From Candidatus Latescibacterota bacterium (GTDB lineage: Bacteria; Latescibacterota; UBA2968; GCA-2709665): a DNA stretch of 64,000 nt. A program made the position numbers and the translations under genes. The notes below the pieces were generated by a model. That model did no database searches, was not told the DNA's origin, and was given only the letters and a program-made list of their open reading frames with translations. Below are positions 1 to 7,409 of this stretch, piece after piece (position 1 is the stretch's first letter; each line of letters starts with the position of its first letter). The DNA is taken from NCBI GenBank assembly GCA_965237675.1, contig OZ250150.1, forward strand, positions 3,072,001-3,136,000. The letters are read 5' to 3'.

Positions 1-59
1 TCAGCACGGACCTGGACTTCATCCGGAACGAAACCGACCGCCGGCGGACGGCAACATGA
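1..59 (+). CDS. pheS: 3' end of phenylalanine--tRNA ligase alpha subunit (partial)
   Basis: Frame from base 3 reads STDLDFIRNETDRRRTAT* (TGA 57-59). This resembles the archaeal-type PheS C-terminus (S-x-D-L-x-F/W-I/L-R) and lies just upstream of pheT. Confidence 0.6.
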   Translation, partial: STDLDFIRNETDRRRTAT

Positions 60-344
60 AACCACGCCGGCAGCCGATACAGCCGCCGGTCAGCAAAGAT
101 CGACAACACAAGGAGCAATGTCTTTAAGGTAATCAGTCAACACTCCCTTCGGACACCATAAGATATGAAGACTGTTGCGTTGACAGGAGGGTGAATCTCC
201 AAGCGATTGGCGCTCGGCATTCAGTGGTCGGCCCCTTCCACCGAACGCCTGTCCGGTTGTGGGATGGGTGGTCTGACCGCTAAGAGCTGAAAGCTGACAG
301 CTTATTTTCGGACGAACGCAACGCGAACGGATGAAGGAGCACGC

Positions 345-2030
345 ATGCCCACCATCACTGTCGTCAGGAAAGACCTCGAGCGCCTGGCCGGTCAAACCTA
401 CGACCTGCCCGATCTCGAACGCGCCCTCGAAACCGTCAAAGCCGAGGTTAAAGTCGAAGACGAATCCCGGTTGCGGATTCAGCTCAAGGATACCAACCGT
501 CCTGATCTCTGGTCATCCGAGGGGGTCGCCCGGCTGCTCAAGGGCCATCGGAGAGGCCGGCACGACGCCTATCCCTTTTTCGACATTCCTGCGACAGAAC
601 TCGAACTGCACGTCGCCCCGGCCCTTGAACCCATCCGGCCCTACATCGCCGCCTTCGCCTGTGAAGGGATTGCGGTGGACGAAGCGGCTCTGGAACAACT
701 CATCGAAGCCCAGGAAAAACTGGCGGACGGGTACGGACGCGGCCGAAGCGCGGTGGCAATCGGCATCTACAACGCCACCGGTATGACCTTCCCCGTACAC
801 TATGCCGCCGCCGACCCGGATGCCGCCCGCTTTGTCCCGCTGGGGATGGAAACCGAGATGACCCTGCGCCAGATCTTGACGGAGCACCCCACCGGCGAGA
901 AATACGCACATCTACTTGATGGCTTCGACAAATTTCCGCTCATCAGCGACAGCCGGAGCAAGGTTCTCTCCATGCCGCCCGTCATCAACAGCCGGAACCC
1001 GGGCGCCGTGGAGGTGGGGGACACCTTCCTTTTCTGTGAGGCCACCGGCACAGAACTCGACGCCGTTCTACTCACCGTTGCCATTATGGCCGCCAACATG
1101 GCCGACCGCGGTGGCCGCATTCTGCCGGTGAACGTGGTGTATCCGTACGATACGCCGCGCGGCCGGGAAATCCAATGTCCTCTGGATATGACGGGGCCCG
1201 TCGAGGTGAACGTGGACGACCTGAGGAACGTCATCGGCGGCGAACTCGACAGGGGAAGCGTCGAAGCCGCCCTGGCCGCCATGGGGTACCGCGACATCGC
1301 GCTCGACGACAAGCGCGTACAGGCGCGCCCGGCTCCGTATCGTGATGATATCCTCCATCCGGTGGACCTCATCGAAGACGTCATCGTGAGCGTGGGCTTC
1401 GACAACTTCGAGCCCGAAATGCCGCACGATTTCACCCTCGGCAAATCCGCTCCCGAGGAAGATCTCGCGGACCGCATCCGCTTCCTTATGGTCGGATGCG
1501 GATTCCAGGAACTCTTCCTGCCCATTCTCTCGTCGCGCCTGGACCTTACGAAGCGCATGCGCGACCCGGACGCCGCGATCGTCGAAACTTCCAACCCCAT
1601 GTCCGAAAACTACAGCGCGGTTCGCAACGCCCTCCTTCCCGGTCTGCTCCGTGTGGAAGCGGCCAGCCGAAAGGCGGTCTACCCTCACCACATCTTCGAA
1701 GTGGGCGAAGTCTCCGTCATCGCGCCGGACGGTTTCTACGGCACCCGTACCGAGATCCGCCTCGCCGCCCTGGAGGCGCATGCCGAAGCCAATCTTTCGG
1801 GCATTCAGAGTCACCTCGAAGCCCTGGCCTACTATCTCGGCGTTGACTACAATCTCTCGCCGTTGGCGCATCCCTCCTTTCTGCCCGGGCGGGCGGGTGA
1901 AGTCCGGGTGGACGGAAGAAGCTACGGCGTCATCGGCGAAATCCATCCTGAAGTCCTTGAAAGCTGGGGCGTATCGGTACCCGCCAGTGCGTTCGAGGTC
2001 AACATCGATATTGCCCGGATACAACCCTGA
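345..2030 (+). CDS. pheT: phenylalanine--tRNA ligase beta subunit, short archaeal/eukaryotic type
   Basis: 561 aa. Motifs MPTI..., DTNRPDLWSSEG, LSMPPVINS, PYRDDILHPVDLIEDV, NPMSENYSAVR, GEIHPEVL. RBS AAGGAG upstream. Confidence 0.93.
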   Translation: MPTITVVRKDLERLAGQTYDLPDLERALETVKAEVKVEDESRLRIQLKDTNRPDLWSSEGVARLLKGHRRGRHDAYPFFDIPATELELHVAPALEPIRPYIAAFACEGIAVDEAALEQLIEAQEKLADGYGRGRSAVAIGIYNATGMTFPVHYAAADPDAARFVPLGMETEMTLRQILTEHPTGEKYAHLLDGFDKFPLISDSRSKVLSMPPVINSRNPGAVEVGDTFLFCEATGTELDAVLLTVAIMAANMADRGGRILPVNVVYPYDTPRGREIQCPLDMTGPVEVNVDDLRNVIGGELDRGSVEAALAAMGYRDIALDDKRVQARPAPYRDDILHPVDLIEDVIVSVGFDNFEPEMPHDFTLGKSAPEEDLADRIRFLMVGCGFQELFLPILSSRLDLTKRMRDPDAAIVETSNPMSENYSAVRNALLPGLLRVEAASRKAVYPHHIFEVGEVSVIAPDGFYGTRTEIRLAALEAHAEANLSGIQSHLEALAYYLGVDYNLSPLAHPSFLPGRAGEVRVDGRSYGVIGEIHPEVLESWGVSVPASAFEVNIDIARIQP

Positions 2031-2140
2031 TCGATTGCGGATGCCCCGGTTGTCCGGTTACGTCAGATAACTCAACTTGCCTCCCAGACGATTTCAAAAC
2101 TGCGAAAGCAGGTATCACACAACTTAATAGGAGAGCCAGA

Positions 2141-2629
2141 ATGATTAATTCACGGCCAGTTTGGTTTGTGGGTTCTATGTTTGTGGGTTCTATGTGGTGT
2201 GCGCAAACGCAAGACCACACAGAACGGTTTTTGAAAGAATGTTGTTGGGAAATTCGTGAACCAAGTGAAAATGAAAAGGAGCGTGTTAAGTCAATTCTAC
2301 CAGGTGATCGAATCTTTATTAAATCAACATGTGTGCGAAAAAATGAACTGCCTTTTGACAATCAAGGTCGGCCTATCTCAACAATGAAGATTAAAGCAGA
2401 AGGCACCGTAAGGGAAAATTTGGGCGACGGTTGTTCTTTAATTGTTACTTGGACGCCTGTAGTTCCTTTTCGTGAATGGTATTTCTTTACTTACAGACGA
2501 ACGATTTGGCAGGTGCATCCCACGATTTGTAATCTGTCCTGGGCCGCAGACGAATTGATTCGGTTTGCTATTGATGGCAAGGAACAGGATTACGCTCGTT
2601 TTTGGGATTATTGGTACCCGAATCAATAA
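2141..2629 (+). CDS. hypothetical protein resembling the N-terminal (EVE/PUA-like) domain of McrB-family proteins
   Basis: Low GC, RBS AGGAG. Motifs WFVGS, PGDRIFIKS, LPFDNQG, KAEGTVRENLGDG, REWYFFTYRRTIW recalled from McrB-like AAA protein N-termini. No GTPase domain. Confidence 0.6.
   Translation: MINSRPVWFVGSMFVGSMWCAQTQDHTERFLKECCWEIREPSENEKERVKSILPGDRIFIKSTCVRKNELPFDNQGRPISTMKIKAEGTVRENLGDGCSLIVTWTPVVPFREWYFFTYRRTIWQVHPTICNLSWAADELIRFAIDGKEQDYARFWDYWYPNQ
2165..2194 (+). repeat. 15-bp in-frame tandem duplication (tttgtgggttctatg x2, FVGSM-FVGSM)
   Basis: Directly visible at 2165-2179 and 2180-2194. Confidence 0.9.
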
Positions 2630-2779
2630 GTAGGAAGGTGATTCAATGGCCGCCTTAGATCGTTTTACAATTAATATGTCTTGTTCAGCATGTGGCAGGA
2701 AAGGCACGGTCGATGTTTCAGAGAAGGATCATCCTTATATGAAGCCGCATGCCGGTTTTTCTATTGACCGGGTATCTAA

Positions 2780-4459
2780 CCCGAATAATTCACAAAAAGG
2801 TAGTTTCCTTACCCAAGTCATTGTATTATATTATGGTTAGACGGATAACCATACAACAATGAACCGGGAGGAAACTACCGTGGAGATTCAAGATAAGCAT
2901 CACAGGATTTCTTTCGCAAGTGTTTCGGGCAAGCAGGTAGAAGCCGTCTTCGATGGAGGGGTGCTCACAAGCGATATCGGGTTGATGCTGCTTCGAGAGG
3001 TGGCGTCCAAAATCGGCATTCTGTCTCGGATCGTTGAGGCGTTAACCGACCGTCGGCATCCAAGTTATGTGGATCACACGTGTGCGGATCTGATCAACCA
3101 GCGCGTCTTTCAGATCACGTGCGGGTATGAGGATGCGAACGATTGCAATGCGTTGCGCCGGGACCCCGCCTTCAAGGCGGCCTGTGATCGGTTGCCGGTG
3201 TCAGGGGCGGCGTTGGCCAGCCAACCGACGATGAGTCGATTGGAAAACGGAATTCGTCGCAGGGACTTATATCGCATTGCCAAGGCCCTTGTGGACGGGT
3301 TCATCGCTTCCTACGATACGCCTCCCGAGGCGGTCGTTCCGGATATCGATGACACCGATGACGAGGTTCACGGCAATCAACCGTTGTCGTTGTTCAATGG
3401 CTATTATGATGAACGCTGTTACATGCCCTTGCACATTTATGAAGGCCAGACAGGAAGACTGATCACGACCCTCCTGCGTCCGGGTGCGCGTCCTTCCGGG
3501 AAACAGATTGTCAGCATTCTCAAACGACTGGTGAAAACCCTTCGTGAGGCCTGGCCGGACGTGGACATTTTCTTGCGTGGCGATTCCCATTTTTCTTGTC
3601 CTGAGGTCCACGACTTTTGCGACGAGCACGAGGTGTATTTTGCGCTGGGACAGGCCGGAAATACGAGGCTTGCAGCACAGGGACACCCCTTGATGGCGCA
3701 GGCAAAAGCCCGGTATCAGGAAACCGGACAGCCCGTGCAGCTATTTACCTGTTTCGGTTACCAGGCCCAGTCCTGGGCATTGCCAAGACGCATCATCTAC
3801 AAAGCCGAGATCACCGCTTCGGGGCAAGCCAATGCACGCTTTGTGGTCACCAACCTGGACAGTAGCCAGCCCTCATTCATCTACAAAACCGTCTATTGCG
3901 CGCGCGGCAGGATGGAAAACTTCATTAAGAATCACAAAACCTTTCTCCATTCCGATCGTACCTCTTGTCACACGTTTGAAGCCAATCACTTCCGTCTCTT
4001 CCTCCATAGTGCCGCTTATGTCTTGATGCATACCCTAACTGAAATAGGACTCCAAGCCACCCCATGGGCGCACGCGCAGTTTAATACCATTCAGCATCGT
4101 ATTCTCAAAGTCGCCGGGAGAGTGTCTGAACTCAAAACCAAAATCAAACTCCATTTGCCAACCTCATTTCCCTTGAAACACCTCTATGACACCATCCTCT
4201 GCAATTTGGCAAAGGCATATCCATAACGCCGTTTCACGCCGGCCCATCCATCCCTTTCTCATAGCCATCGCGTAAGACCAAGGCATCCGTCTGTGCTTTC
4301 CACACCCAAAATAAAGAACGCGACACCCCTCGCTGCTGCTGGGACACGTAAAAATACTCATCATGGCGTCACCAACACGTCATTCTACTATTTTCCCTTC
4401 TCCAGAACACTTTCTGCTTCCACAGACACTGTTCTGCTCATTTTCATGAATTAATCAGG
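2780..4459 (+). mobile_element. IS1380-family insertion sequence (1,680 bp)
   Basis: Imperfect terminal IRs cccgaataattcacaaaaa / cctgattaattcatgaaaa (15/19 match). 4-bp target duplication CTAA at 2776-2779 and 4460-4463. Confidence 0.92.
2859..4226 (+). CDS. IS1380-family DDE transposase
   Basis: 455 aa. Motifs FDGGVLTSDIG, DIDDTDDEVHG, FNGYYDERCYMPL, LRGDSHF, YCARGRMENFIK. Confidence 0.93.
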   Translation: MNREETTVEIQDKHHRISFASVSGKQVEAVFDGGVLTSDIGLMLLREVASKIGILSRIVEALTDRRHPSYVDHTCADLINQRVFQITCGYEDANDCNALRRDPAFKAACDRLPVSGAALASQPTMSRLENGIRRRDLYRIAKALVDGFIASYDTPPEAVVPDIDDTDDEVHGNQPLSLFNGYYDERCYMPLHIYEGQTGRLITTLLRPGARPSGKQIVSILKRLVKTLREAWPDVDIFLRGDSHFSCPEVHDFCDEHEVYFALGQAGNTRLAAQGHPLMAQAKARYQETGQPVQLFTCFGYQAQSWALPRRIIYKAEITASGQANARFVVTNLDSSQPSFIYKTVYCARGRMENFIKNHKTFLHSDRTSCHTFEANHFRLFLHSAAYVLMHTLTEIGLQATPWAHAQFNTIQHRILKVAGRVSELKTKIKLHLPTSFPLKHLYDTILCNLAKAYP

Positions 4460-4687
4460 CTAATGGCTTTACCGTTATATGTAATTCAGGCTTCGAGGAT
4501 GCCGCAGTGCAATGTAAATGTGGACGAGGTTTTCAGCCTCAACACACCCGTTGAATTTTTGTCACTTCGATAGACATTGTTAATTTGGAGTAACGTGTGC
4601 AGGATTGGGCAGGATTCCAGCAGTGTTGTAGTGCCTTTGTTTACGTCGCTTGTTCGGGGCTTCCTGCAATTGAAATAGCGTCAAGGG

Positions 4688-4850
4688 TAGGACGGGGCGT
4701 TTGCGACCTGCCTGCCGCTCTAGGCCATCGTCGATAACTGCCTCGAAAGGAAGTGATGCGGATTTTTAGACGCTCTTTCAAGCTACGAAAGCCAACAGAC
4801 TGTGCGGCCACGGGTCCGGGCGCTACGGAGGTGGCGCGAGCCTTTTTTGT
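4688..4850 (+). ncRNA. candidate structured RNA with intrinsic terminator
   Basis: Closing stem ggggcgtttg/tagacgctct plus gtag/ctac, enclosing two hairpins. Followed by gcgctac-ggag-gtggcgc and a T run. No family recognised and no clear promoter. Confidence 0.3.
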
Positions 4851-4872
4851 CTCTATTTCTGCGACAGTAAAA

Positions 4873-4914
4873 CGAGACGGGCAGACAGGAATGTCTGCCC
4901 CACCTTCGCACACG
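4873..4914. repeat. REP-like palindrome GGGCAGACA-GGAA-TGTCTGCCC-CACC, copy A
   Basis: 39/42 identical to the reverse complement of 55470-55511. Third copy at 55841-55865. Confidence 0.85.
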
Positions 4915-5023
4915 TTCCTCATCATGTCAGTGTGGGCGCACTTGTGACATAAGATCTTACGGCCCGTGGATTGCTTCGCATCCCCAACACGGTCGCACAT
5001 CGAAATCCATTGTCCCAAAGCAC

Positions 5024-5060
5024 AACAACGGGTTACGCCAAAACGACGTAACCCGTTGTT
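5024..5060 (-). terminator. hairpin immediately downstream of tRNA-Leu
   Basis: 14-bp inverted repeat aacaacgggttacg / cgtaacccgttgtt. Confidence 0.6.
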
Positions 5061-5063
5061 TTT

Positions 5064-5151
5064 TGGTGCCGAAGGGGGGACTCGAACCCCCACGAGCACA
5101 TGGCTCACTGCGCCCTGAACGCAGCGCGTCTACCAATTCCACCACTTCGGC
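5064..5151 (-). tRNA. tRNA-Leu(CAG)
   Basis: Reverse complement GCCGAAGTGGTGGAATTGGTAGACGCG-CTGCG-TTCAGGG-CGCAG-long variable arm-GGGGGTTCGAGTCCCCC-CTTCGGCACCA; CCA end is encoded. Confidence 0.97.
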
Positions 5152-5199
5152 GTCTGATCCGGAGGCCTGCGGGGTCGTGCCAGGCACGACCGGACATGA

Positions 5200-5228
5200 A
5201 ATATATAAAATCGCTATAGGGTTGTCAA
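5200..5228 (-). promoter_or_regulatory. sigma70 promoter of tRNA-Leu
   Basis: TTGACA-17 nt-TATATT on the minus strand, about 50 nt upstream of the tRNA. Confidence 0.8.
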
Positions 5229-5659
5229 GATTCGTCAGGCGCAAACAGGGATCGGAATCTCTCGGGCATCCGCTCCGGTTTCCGGGTGGTGTAGTCCAAA
5301 AAGGCGATTCCGGTTTTGGCACGGGCGATTTCCATGCCCGTATCTTTGTCAGTGATGCGGTAAAAAATGTCGCATCCGATGCGGCTGAGGCCGTCGACCG
5401 CGACCTGAAAAGTCAGGGTCTGGCCGTAGAAGGCTTCGGATTTGTATTGGATAACGGCGTCGACCATAATGATGCCCACCCCGTCCACGTCCAATTCGGT
5501 GAAGCCGTGGCTTTCCAGAAAACGCACCCGCGCCTCGTGGACGAGCGACAGCACGGCGTTGTTGTCCATGTGACCGCCGTAGTTGATGTCGGAAACACGA
5601 AGCCGGATATCGGTGGCATACGCAAAGGTCCCGGGAAGTCCGAGTTTGATACGAGACAT
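5225..5659 (-). CDS. hotdog-fold thioesterase (4HBT/YbgC-like)
   Basis: Motifs IRLRVSDINYGGHMDN and IQYKSEAFYG. Start placed at MSRIKL. Confidence 0.85.
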   Translation of the reverse strand: MSRIKLGLPGTFAYATDIRLRVSDINYGGHMDNNAVLSLVHEARVRFLESHGFTELDVDGVGIIMVDAVIQYKSEAFYGQTLTFQVAVDGLSRIGCDIFYRITDKDTGMEIARAKTGIAFLDYTTRKPERMPERFRSLFAPDES

Positions 5660-5731
5660 GATGGAGGCGGTGTGTGTCCTCTCTGCCTTGTCCGTCCAAA
5701 GACGGGGCGGTCGCACGCGGAACTGCCTCGC

Positions 5732-5971
5732 CTACACCGGTTCCGGGCGGGCGACCAGGAGACCGTCTTCCGGCGTCACGTTGATGGCAAAGGGGACGCT
5801 GTCGATCCTGAGCGCCAGGCCATCTTGGATCCGGGCGACGAAGATGATCTTTTCCGCCCCTCGCTGGAACGCGACCGCAGCGGTCGTGAATGCGCGGTAA
5901 ACGTCGATGATGACGACCGTGCCGGTGGATTCACGGGCGCCCTGAAGCAGGCTTTTGAGGTGTATTTCCAC
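5732..5971 (-). pseudogene. comB: 2-phosphosulfolactate phosphatase (ComB-like), internally deleted
   Basis: N-terminal VVIIDVYRAFTTA...GAEKII is fused directly to a C-terminus-like IDSVPFAINV...LLVARP. About 80 aa versus about 230 aa for typical ComB. Confidence 0.7.
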
Positions 5972-6155
5972 GGGTTGGGTCCTGCGTTGTCCTGGAGGGT
6001 CCCTTAAATTGCGGGATACCACGTCACAGGATTTCTCACCAATTTGTTCAATAATAACCCATGTAGGTGGTGTATGTTACGGGTTAAAGGGAAATCAGCC
6101 TGAGAGGTGTAGTTTCAGTATTGTGATTGATATTAGATTTCGGTCAATAAAATAG

Positions 6156-6180
6156 CCCAGGCGGCGACGGCCTGGGTTTT
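6156..6180. terminator. hairpin downstream of the toxin gene
   Basis: cccagg-cggcgacgg-cctggg, with an A-rich flank on the left and a T run on the right. Confidence 0.5.
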
Positions 6181-6205
6181 CTTCATCAACAGAATCTATT
6201 CTTGG

Positions 6206-6508
6206 TCACTTATTTAGGGCTTGGTAGAACTGATCATGATTTCCAATTTCAATTATCTCAATTGCCGTAACAACGTCATCCTCTCCATATACTCGAAAAG
6301 CAATACGAAATTTATCATTTAAATAAGCCTTCCAAACATTATCCCACATATGTTCGAAATGTCTACCAGGTAATTGTATGCCTTCTTCTATTTCGGAGAA
6401 AAACCGCTCTGCTTGATACTTAATGTTTGGATTACGGCTAAGACGTTTTAATTTTTTATGTACATATTTATTAAATTCCCGTATCTCGACAGGTGGTTTA
6501 AAAACCAT
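6206..6508 (-). CDS. RelE/YafQ-like type II toxin
   Basis: 100 aa, basic, low GC. Has xRIxF (FRIAF) and C-terminal IGNHDQFY typical of the RelE/ParE superfamily. Confidence 0.75.
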   Translation of the reverse strand: MVFKPPVEIREFNKYVHKKLKRLSRNPNIKYQAERFFSEIEEGIQLPGRHFEHMWDNVWKAYLNDKFRIAFRVYGEDDVVTAIEIIEIGNHDQFYQALNK

Positions 6509-6517
6509 GTTCGAATC

Positions 6518-7018
6518 CTAAAGACTGGCAAGAGCGGCCTTTGCTGAAGAGTACGTCTTTTTACTCTTTGGTTGTTCATTAGCACGCAATACCATAATCC
6601 ACCAACGATATTCCTGAAAATAGGCTATAGTGTCACAGGTCAATTGGTCAACAACTTTGAGTTTTTCGTACAAGTTCATTTTTTTATATATTTCTTCTAT
6701 AGAAGCTAAAAATCCCCGCCAATCTTTGAAATTTTGTTCCGCCTCCTCAATTTGTTGAATAGTAATTTCAGGATCATTATCTATACAACAGTCCTCAATA
6801 TATCTCTCCGGTGTTTTTTTCAACATTTCAAAAGCCTGAGCTACATCGTCACGTAATTTTGTAAATTTCCTTATCTCTCCCTCCAACATTTGTCGTTTCT
6901 CTTCAATTTCGCGAATTTGAGCACGCGTGAGATAGCCTGTCTTGCGTCTTTGTTGCGAAATCTTATAAATTATCTTCGATTCCGCAACATCTAAAGATGG
7001 ATTTATAACCGCTGGCAT
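6518..7018 (-). CDS. putative antitoxin (helical/coiled-coil)
   Basis: Lies 9 nt upstream of the toxin in the same operon; RBS GGGGGAAG. C-terminal KTYSSAKAALASL resembles antitoxin toxin-binding tails. Confidence 0.6.
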   Translation of the reverse strand: MPAVINPSLDVAESKIIYKISQQRRKTGYLTRAQIREIEEKRQMLEGEIRKFTKLRDDVAQAFEMLKKTPERYIEDCCIDNDPEITIQQIEEAEQNFKDWRGFLASIEEIYKKMNLYEKLKVVDQLTCDTIAYFQEYRWWIMVLRANEQPKSKKTYSSAKAALASL

Positions 7019-7086
7019 TGTCTTCCCCCTTTACATAACTAGGCCGTACGTTAAACCCTTCAATCGCAAACCTATAACGTAAAAGC

Positions 7087-7125
7087 CACGTATAGCAATA
7101 TACGTGAATTAGACGTTTAGGGCAA
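7087..7125 (-). promoter_or_regulatory. TA operon promoter with palindromic operator over the -10
   Basis: TTGCCC(7125-7120)-17 nt-TATATT(7102-7097). Perfect inverted repeat CACGTATA-gcaa-TATACGTG at 7087-7106. Confidence 0.75.
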
Positions 7126-7207
7126 ATCCATTTTGAAAAGGAAGATTTCTCCCATAAACGCCTTTCAACTGTCCCCGTCCCGCCGATAATTATACTTGAA
7201 ACACTGT

Positions 7208-7354
7208 TCAGTGTCCTGTCCCAGAAATAGATTTACATAATCGTTCGATTTTGTGGAGGATGGATTCTGCGTTCGCGGTCCAGACAAAAGGCTTGGACTT
7301 CTCGTTGTAGTTGTCGGTGAAGGTTTCGATGCTGTCGATGAGTTCTTTAATATT
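7208..7354 (-). pseudogene. IS630-family transposase C-terminal remnant
   Basis: Minus strand reads NIKELIDSIETFTDNYNEKSKPFVWTANAESILHKIERLCKSISGTGH*, the characteristic IS630 C-terminus (YN..KPFxWT..A..IL). The 5' part is missing. Confidence 0.8.
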
Positions 7355-7409
7355 TATCACAGTTATCTTCTCCTACCACTTAATTTTCCTAGACAACCCC
7401 GACTTCCCG

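Larger units (their letters stand above)
2646..4554 (+). pseudogene. small CxxC/CxC zinc-ribbon-like gene (74 aa reconstructed) interrupted by IS1380
   Basis: Removing the IS and one CTAA copy joins ...FSIDRVSN in frame to GFTVICNSGFEDAAVQCKCGRGFQPQHTR* (TGA 4552-4554). Confidence 0.8.

Noticed and set aside
2030-5064. tRNA-Leu-anchored integrative element
   Set aside because: No integrase and no duplicated tRNA 3' end (att site) seen; reported only as a low-GC islet.
4641-5108. 155-aa minus-strand ORF
   Set aside because: It overlaps the tRNA, its terminator and a REP element, and has no protein-like features.
7198-7209. LexA-like site GAAA-CACT-GTTC
   Set aside because: One mismatch, and it coincides with the IS630 remnant end; likely chance.
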